Positions 58,164 to 64,000 of a stretch of DNA of 64,000 nucleotides are shown piece after piece (positions within the stretch are counted from its first letter, which is position 1; the number at the start of each line of letters is the position of its first letter). Origin of the DNA: an uncultured virus (IMG/VR IMGVR_UViG_3300020438_000022). Taxonomy: Duplodnaviria > Heunggongvirae > Uroviricota > Caudoviricetes. A program made the translations under genes and the position numbers. Location of the stretch: IMG/VR virus record IMGVR_UViG_3300020438_000022; one strand, 5' to 3'. Under the pieces are notes generated by a model. It saw nothing but the letters and a program-made list of their open reading frames with translations. It made no database searches and was not told where the DNA came from.

Positions 58164-59162
58164 TTATGGCTCATAAGTAATAATAAGTTTCCACGAACCT
58201 ATAGAGCCTGAAGCTCCAATATCATCATCTCTGATATGTAAATACCAATCACCATTTACGGCATGACCAAACAAGTGATTAAAACTAGCATTTAAATTTT
58301 CACTACTATAATTATATCTATCTGTTCTATCAGTAATATTACAGATACCACCATGTGTTACATTATTTAATGTCTGGCTAACTAACGCTTTATTAGAAAA
58401 CATAAAACTAAAGTTATTATTGTAATTTGTAATCTTATCATGAGCAGACAGTAAGATTTTATCTCCAGAAGGAGGGGCTAGTAATAATGCTAAATCTTGA
58501 ACACCACTATGTTTTAAATTATTAATTGCTAGTTCTACATTTGTAATATTTCTAGAATCATTAACTTCTACATAGCCACTAACTTCAGAATTGTCTTCAA
58601 TATTAATACCGCTACCCGTATAAACAACAGAATAAACATCAAGCTCTATACAATCTTCAGGCAAACATAAATCAGTTACTTCCGTCGGTGTTGGCGTCGG
58701 TGTAACATCCGTACTGGTCTCTGATGTTTCTTCATCTATATTAAGAGAATCTGTGTCAGAAGATATTACTGAACAATCTGTGATAACATCAAAATTTCTT
58801 AAAACTAATGCTATATCACCAGTTAGTAATCTAGTATTCTTGTTCACAGAACCTATAGTTTCTAAAATGTCTAAGTCATAAGTAGCAGTAGAAAAACTAT
58901 AGTTTTTAGTAACTTCAGAACTAATTGTAAAATTAATAGAACCTGTATTATCTCCAGATAAAACATATCCTCCATTATTAGGATCTAAACTAGAGTTAGA
59001 TTGACTAGTAAAAACTTTTATATTATTACTCTCGTCTTTCCATCTAACAACAACACATTTAGAAGACAAATCTATACCATTATTATTATTGTCGTTATAT
59101 TGCACAATAATATTAAAATCAGAACCTTGTTCTATAGTAAAATTTAAATTAGCTGCGGGCAT
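58164..59162 (-). CDS. virion protein: N-terminal beta-sandwich, TP linker, proprotein convertase P-domain
   Basis: NFTIEQGSDF...YDLDI...RLLTG at the N-terminus, TPTPTPT, then ITNVELAINNLKHSGVQDLALLLAPPSG...NGDWYLHIRDD..GASGSIGSWKLII. Confidence 0.8.
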   Translation of the reverse strand: MPAANLNFTIEQGSDFNIIVQYNDNNNNGIDLSSKCVVVRWKDESNNIKVFTSQSNSSLDPNNGGYVLSGDNTGSINFTISSEVTKNYSFSTATYDLDILETIGSVNKNTRLLTGDIALVLRNFDVITDCSVISSDTDSLNIDEETSETSTDVTPTPTPTEVTDLCLPEDCIELDVYSVVYTGSGINIEDNSEVSGYVEVNDSRNITNVELAINNLKHSGVQDLALLLAPPSGDKILLSAHDKITNYNNNFSFMFSNKALVSQTLNNVTHGGICNITDRTDRYNYSSENLNASFNHLFGHAVNGDWYLHIRDDDIGASGSIGSWKLIITYEP

Positions 59163-59171
59163 TATTTATTC

Positions 59172-59696
59172 CTATGTGTAAAAGTCTCTATCGTGATGAT
59201 TGGCAGGATCTCGTAAAAAAGTTGGATCAAATTTATTACCAACAAAAGGACTAAGAATAGCTTTAATACCGTTGGCATTACCTACCTCATATTCCATTCT
59301 TAATTTATCATAAAGAGCGCAAGGACCTTCTTTCAATATTACTTCATATCCTCTTAAATTACCTCCTACAGACAATTGTGCTGGACCGAGTGCTGCTTTA
59401 ATACCTTCCATAGCTGCTCTAGTACGTAAAGTACTTTGATCTAACATACAGGCTGATTTAAGCGCAACAAAACCTATGAAGTCTATGTCTTTAGTAGATA
59501 AAGTACTAGGGTCGGGGGTGATCGAAGGATTTATAACATCAACAGTATATGTATTATTTAAGTTAATTTCTGTAGTAACGTATTGTGCTGCTACTACTAT
59601 CAACTGCTGGATTCTATCGTCAGAATAAGTAGGATTATCTGACAAATCATTTATCCAGGATCTAACAATCAAAGGTATTTCTACATTCCATGACAT
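59172..59696 (-). CDS. putative head-tail adaptor/connector
   Basis: VRSWINDL....YSDDRIQQLI N-terminus is typical of adaptor proteins. First gene of the neck module. Confidence 0.6.
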   Translation of the reverse strand: MSWNVEIPLIVRSWINDLSDNPTYSDDRIQQLIVVAAQYVTTEINLNNTYTVDVINPSITPDPSTLSTKDIDFIGFVALKSACMLDQSTLRTRAAMEGIKAALGPAQLSVGGNLRGYEVILKEGPCALYDKLRMEYEVGNANGIKAILSPFVGNKFDPTFLRDPANHHDRDFYT

Positions 59697-59748
59697 AATA
59701 TTTTAGCCTATTTAAAAAAGTAATATTCGCAAATGAATCTATTTGTTG

Positions 59749-59756
59749 TATACACC
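59749..59756 (-). promoter_or_regulatory. candidate phage late promoter motif GGTGTATA
   Basis: Intergenic, about 53 nt upstream of the start at 59696. Confidence 0.6.
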
Positions 59757-59764
59757 GCCCCTAA

Positions 59765-60073
59765 TTAAGACGATATAATATCATGATGCTGGCCTAATTT
59801 GTTGACATATGCTATTAAAGAACCCATGGCTACTGCTAAGTCAGCATCTGTATCTGATTCTGCTAACATGTTTTCTATTCTAATCCATTGACCACCATCT
59901 GGTTCTAACTCTGCAAGTCCATCAAACATGCCATATTTATGTAATTTGACTTCTCCAGATACCTCACCATTAGGATCTGGACCCTTAATAACAATTTCTT
60001 CTACCCATACTCTATCGTATACTTTTTCAGGTACGGTGGTTGGTGATGCTGCTGATAAAATTGGTAAAGACAT
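59765..60073 (-). CDS. hypothetical protein downstream of the fibre gene
   Basis: 102-aa ORF with an AAGGAG RBS. Confidence 0.75.
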   Translation of the reverse strand: MSLPILSAASPTTVPEKVYDRVWVEEIVIKGPDPNGEVSGEVKLHKYGMFDGLAELEPDGGQWIRIENMLAESDTDADLAVAMGSLIAYVNKLGQHHDIISS

Positions 60074-60084
60074 GCTTTTCTCCT

Positions 60085-63000
60085 TTATGGTATTATCTCG
60101 TTCTGAAAAGTATTCAATATATTAGATTCAGTATAGTTAGGTACGCTACCACCGACTTCTAACAATTCTAATTTAGCAACCCAATTAACATTTTTAGAAT
60201 TTGCACCTTTGCATTGTATATTAATTTGATCTGCTCCGCCAGCCCCAGCCCCTGTTACAGTAGCTTGAACATCCCAGCTGCTATCCGTCTCTGCTATAAC
60301 AGTTTTAGAAACACTACCCACCAATGCTGCTCCATAACCATCATTGTGTAAGCAGCCTTTTAATACGTATGCTGCGTTATCTGAATTAGAAGCATTAACT
60401 TGATCTGTTCTTCTACCTACTATATTAGCAGTAAACATCATAGTTCTATTTGAGGCTAATACAACATTAGCTCCATTATTTTGTATTGTGGTAAAAGAAG
60501 CATTAGTAGTAGCTCCTCTTAAAATATAAGTGGTATTTTGAGCATCTCCATCGGCTGCAAATCTACCATGAGACATAGATATGCCACCATCATTATATAT
60601 CCAACCATCAACACCTAATATTACGCCAGTAGAAGCAGCATAAAAACCCTCATTTGTTAATCCTATATTACCGTCTACATGCAAAGTATATGATGGAGAA
60701 TCTGTACCAATACCTACTTTATCCGCACTGCCGTCTACAAACAGTAAATGAGTATCAGTGTCACCTTCAACCCTAAAGTCTACAGCTGCTCCAGCCTCAT
60801 TCAATACTAGCGTAGATGTAGTCATCTTAGCAGAAGTAATAGCACCATCAGCGATAGATATATTAATTTCTGTATCTGGAGTTTCTCCAATAGTAAAGTC
60901 AGTAGCAAAATCTAAAGTAACAATGTCTGCACCACCAACTTGACTACCGTTGGCTTTAACGGTTGTCATGCTTCCACCACCTCCACCTCCACCATCAGCA
61001 GCCCAGGAGACAGCACCATTACCATCAGTTTTTAAGATCTGATTTGCAGAACCATCTGCTGTAGGGAAAGTGAATGCACCATTGATATTTAGTTTGCCAA
61101 TTTGCACAGTGTCTTCACTGCCATCCACAAACAACAAGTCAATATCTGTGTCACCTTCAACTCTAAAATCAACAGCTGCTCCACCTTCATTAAATACAGC
61201 CGCTCCTCTAACATCTAATGTTCCACCAAAATAATTTGTAGCAGCCGTATTGACTTGATAAACACCATATTCATTTGTCGGAGTTGTTCCACCAGCACCA
61301 GCATCACCTAAATATAACCCATAGTGATTTGTTACCGTGTTGTTTGTTCCTGCAAAGTGAGGAACAGTCTTAATATCGTATGCGTTTGTAACAGTAACAT
61401 TAGAAGCAGCACTGTTAATAGACGGGTTGCATCGAAAAGCTGTTACCTCAGCTAAAACATTGGTTCCATCTGGAGAATAAATAACAGGAGCAGCATTAAC
61501 TCCTATGGCATATCCGCCATCAGTAGTTGATGCGCTTAAATATTTCTCTGCCCTAATCTCTGTACCTACATGATAATATGTTCCATCAGTACTAGAATAA
61601 CCTCTTCCAAGAACATTGATAGTTCTAGAGTATGTAGTATTTGTATTGGCTACCTCATAAACATGTAGTTTAGAATTAACGCCTCCATCTGTAGTGGCTC
61701 CAATTAGAATAGAGTCTTTGCTTGCGTCTAAGAATAGTAGATTTGCATCAGTATCACCTTCTACTCTAAAGTCGTAATTTGCTCCAGCTTCATTGAAGAC
61801 AAATGTACCAACTCCTATTTTAGCAGGAGTAATAGCTGCATCTTTAATTCTTAAAGCATCACTATTAATTTCTATAGTACTATCATCAACGCTAACAGCA
61901 AATGTTCTATTGGCACTAATATCCCCACCACCAGTAAGGCCATCACCAGCAGTTAAAGTAACACTTGTATGATCTATATGTTCATTGGCTACAAAATTAT
62001 TGGCTGCATCATGATCTACTACAAACTCTAAATTACCATTAGTATCATCATAAGTAACAGAAATGCCTGTTTCTGTGTCATCAACCATTCCTCCTACTAT
62101 ATCTTGAACTTGTTCAGTTGTTAGTGCAGGAACGATGGTTGCATCTACGTAAGCCTTTACTGATTGTTGAGTAGGAACCTTAGTATCTGAATCAGAGGAC
62201 ATATTATCTTCATCTACAACAAAACTCATTCCAGCGGTAGTGCTATCGCTGTTCATTACAGCACCAGCAGCATTAACATTAGTTGCATCAGTTACATCTG
62301 CTGAAGCCTCAATAGCGTCTAACTTAGTTTTATCTCCGTTGGCAAAGGCACCTTCTGATGGCTTGACTTGTAAGGTAGAAATAGTAACGCCTTTAACACC
62401 TGCAAGGTCAGTTAATTCACTGTCCATCAATGCACCGGCGCTAGTAACGTTTGCAGTATCAGTCACATCCGCGCTACTCTCTACTGAATCTAATTTAGTT
62501 TCCTGAGCATCTGTCATAAATCTTTTATTAGATGCATCTGTCATATTTGTAGTGACGAGATTAGGCGAAGCTCCAGCTATTACTGATTGGTCTAGTGCTT
62601 TAACATCAGTAATACTTGCTAATTCGCTATCCATTAACGCACCGGCTGAGGTTACATTAGCTGTATCTGTTACGTCTGCAGAAGCCTCAATTGCATCTAG
62701 CTTTGTCTTGTCTCCATCGGCAAAAGCACCCTCTGAAGGTTTAACTTGCAATGTAGAAATTGTAACACCTTTAACGCCTGCTAGATCTGTCAATTCGCTA
62801 TCCATTAAAGCACCGGCACTGGTAACATTAGCTGTGTCAGTAACGTCAGCAGATGCTTCAATACCATCTAGCTTAGTCTTGTCACCATTGGCAAAAGCTC
62901 CTTCTGACGGTGGCTGTTGTGCGCTATCGGCCTTAGTTCCTTGAGCAGCTGTTGCGTAATCTGAAGAGTCAAATGCCTTGACCTGCGACAAGTTTGTAAC

Positions 63001-63924
63001 TTCTGAATCCATTAATGCGCCAGCTGAGGTTACATTAGCGGTATCTGTAACGTCTGCACTAGCTTCAATAGCATCTAACTTTGTCTTGTCTCCATCAGAG
63101 AATGCTCCTTCAGATGGTTTAACTTGTAATGTAGAGATTGTCACTCCTTTGACGCCAGCTAAGTCTGTTAGCTCACTATCCATTAATGCCCCAGCTGAAG
63201 TCACATTGGCCGTGTCTGTAACATCTGCAGAGGCTTCAATGCCGTCTAGCTTGCTATGATCTGCCGTGGTAAAGTTTTCATCTGTTTGACTAGCTACTAC
63301 AAAGTCTATAGTTCCATCATCATCTTGATACGTAACAGCAATCCCTGTCTCTGTATTTCCTGTAAGCATACCGCCAACAAAATCTTCTACCTGTTCTTCG
63401 GTAAGCTGTGTGTCTGTAGTAGAATATGTGCTAGTATCAACACTGCCATCAGCTTTTAAAAACTGACTAGATGTTCCGCCATCTTTAATAAAACTATTAG
63501 CAGTAATATTAGAAGAAAAATGTCCAGAACCAGCTATGTCTATATGACCAGTACCTGTAAGATTTTTAGAATTAAGATCTAAATTACCTCCGAGTTGTGG
63601 GGTTGTATCTTCTACGACATTAGATATTCCTCCGCCACCTCCTTCACTAGCGGTACCAACAGCAATACCTGTAACGTGACCATTATCGTCTAATAACAAA
63701 TCTTGAATAAATGTATTACTACTATTATCAGAAGAACTTGCAGCAGCTATGATAGGATGCACTAAACCACTATTGACAGGCTGCAAAAGGTTCCATGCTG
63801 TTGAACCATCTCCTATCTTTAAGGTATTAGTAGAAGTATCAAAACCCGGTTCACCTTCTGCTAAAGTAGGATTACTGCTCCAGTCACTACCTCTTCTTAA
63901 CTTAATTAAATTATTTACAGCCAT
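60085..63924 (-). CDS. fibre protein with Mtd-N/hyaluronidase-type N-terminal domain and internal repeats
   Basis: IKLRRG..W..NPTLAEGEPGFDT.T..LKIGDG.TAWN.L; DTTPQLGGNLDLN; six KLD.IE.SADVTD repeats; three NE.GA..DFRVEGDTD..LLF.D repeats; KVGIGTDSPSYTLHVDG. Confidence 0.88.
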   Translation of the reverse strand: MAVNNLIKLRRGSDWSSNPTLAEGEPGFDTSTNTLKIGDGSTAWNLLQPVNSGLVHPIIAAASSSDNSSNTFIQDLLLDDNGHVTGIAVGTASEGGGGGISNVVEDTTPQLGGNLDLNSKNLTGTGHIDIAGSGHFSSNITANSFIKDGGTSSQFLKADGSVDTSTYSTTDTQLTEEQVEDFVGGMLTGNTETGIAVTYQDDDGTIDFVVASQTDENFTTADHSKLDGIEASADVTDTANVTSAGALMDSELTDLAGVKGVTISTLQVKPSEGAFSDGDKTKLDAIEASADVTDTANVTSAGALMDSEVTNLSQVKAFDSSDYATAAQGTKADSAQQPPSEGAFANGDKTKLDGIEASADVTDTANVTSAGALMDSELTDLAGVKGVTISTLQVKPSEGAFADGDKTKLDAIEASADVTDTANVTSAGALMDSELASITDVKALDQSVIAGASPNLVTTNMTDASNKRFMTDAQETKLDSVESSADVTDTANVTSAGALMDSELTDLAGVKGVTISTLQVKPSEGAFANGDKTKLDAIEASADVTDATNVNAAGAVMNSDSTTAGMSFVVDEDNMSSDSDTKVPTQQSVKAYVDATIVPALTTEQVQDIVGGMVDDTETGISVTYDDTNGNLEFVVDHDAANNFVANEHIDHTSVTLTAGDGLTGGGDISANRTFAVSVDDSTIEINSDALRIKDAAITPAKIGVGTFVFNEAGANYDFRVEGDTDANLLFLDASKDSILIGATTDGGVNSKLHVYEVANTNTTYSRTINVLGRGYSSTDGTYYHVGTEIRAEKYLSASTTDGGYAIGVNAAPVIYSPDGTNVLAEVTAFRCNPSINSAASNVTVTNAYDIKTVPHFAGTNNTVTNHYGLYLGDAGAGGTTPTNEYGVYQVNTAATNYFGGTLDVRGAAVFNEGGAAVDFRVEGDTDIDLLFVDGSEDTVQIGKLNINGAFTFPTADGSANQILKTDGNGAVSWAADGGGGGGGSMTTVKANGSQVGGADIVTLDFATDFTIGETPDTEINISIADGAITSAKMTTSTLVLNEAGAAVDFRVEGDTDTHLLFVDGSADKVGIGTDSPSYTLHVDGNIGLTNEGFYAASTGVILGVDGWIYNDGGISMSHGRFAADGDAQNTTYILRGATTNASFTTIQNNGANVVLASNRTMMFTANIVGRRTDQVNASNSDNAAYVLKGCLHNDGYGAALVGSVSKTVIAETDSSWDVQATVTGAGAGGADQINIQCKGANSKNVNWVAKLELLEVGGSVPNYTESNILNTFQNEIIP
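62245..63262 (-). repeat. six protein-level repeats of KLDxIEASADVTDTANVTSAGALMDSE with alternating spacers
   Basis: Read from the translation, spacer order A-B-A-C-A-end. The DNA copies differ at synonymous sites. Confidence 0.9.
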
Positions 63925-63950
63925 TAAATTTAGTCCTTATGAATTTAAAA

Positions 63951-63998
63951 CTATGGAGAACCACCATCAAGCACAGCATTATGTATGTAAGTTGGACT
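63951..63998 (-). CDS. 3' end of an upstream fibre-like gene (partial)
   Basis: Reads SPTYIHNAVLDGGSP* to TAG at 63951. A terminal (I/L)DGG motif is common in phage fibre proteins. Confidence 0.6.
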   Translation of the reverse strand, partial: SPTYIHNAVLDGGSP

Positions 63999-64000
63999 TC

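Noticed and set aside
11258..63459. Many short + strand ORFs opposite the structural genes, and - strand ORFs within 1234-9553
   Set aside because: They are antisense shadows of long genes with no recognisable motifs.
10885..63924. Stop-codon reassignment
   Set aside because: TAA, TAG and TGA all end genes at tight junctions, and very long ORFs are open under code 11.
1..64000. tRNA, rRNA or group I intron
   Set aside because: Intergenic gaps are short and showed no cloverleaf or intron core by eye. A covariance-model scan would be needed to exclude them fully.

Overview
A 64-kb AT-rich piece of a large tailed dsDNA phage genome (genetic code 11). All family assignments come from recognising motifs by eye; no database search was run. 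The + strand arm (1-10883) holds the C-terminal part of a DnaQ-type exonuclease, a C-terminal-half DNA polymerase III alpha with no catalytic palm and no intein, SSB with a sigma70 promoter and terminator, and a tightly coupled glycosyltransferase cluster (one intact GT4 plus degenerate GT, methyltransferase and nucleotidyltransferase-like ORFs). It ends with a DUF559/Vsr-type endonuclease, a Rad52/Sak-like annealase and a Zn-finger protein. The - strand arm (10885-64000) is one virion morphogenesis region: fibre, head-tail joining proteins, tail tube, chaperones, a 3395-aa tape measure and a long run of tail-tip/adhesin proteins (FGE-sulfatase/Fn3, Thr/Pro mucin-like, DUF285, RCC1, Cys-rich modules). 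SHD1-like and PEP-CTERM-type FGE domains suggest a Planctomycetota/PVC host (inference). Best leads: a circularly permuted FGE/C-type-lectin domain inserted into a fibre repeat; a possible virion-glycosylation system (GT cluster plus mucin-like virion proteins); tail chaperones apparently made by gene duplication instead of frameshifting; an intein-free split DnaE; cargo domains on the tape measure; and a recurring GGTGTATA candidate late promoter. No tRNA, rRNA, CRISPR array or reverse transcriptase was seen.
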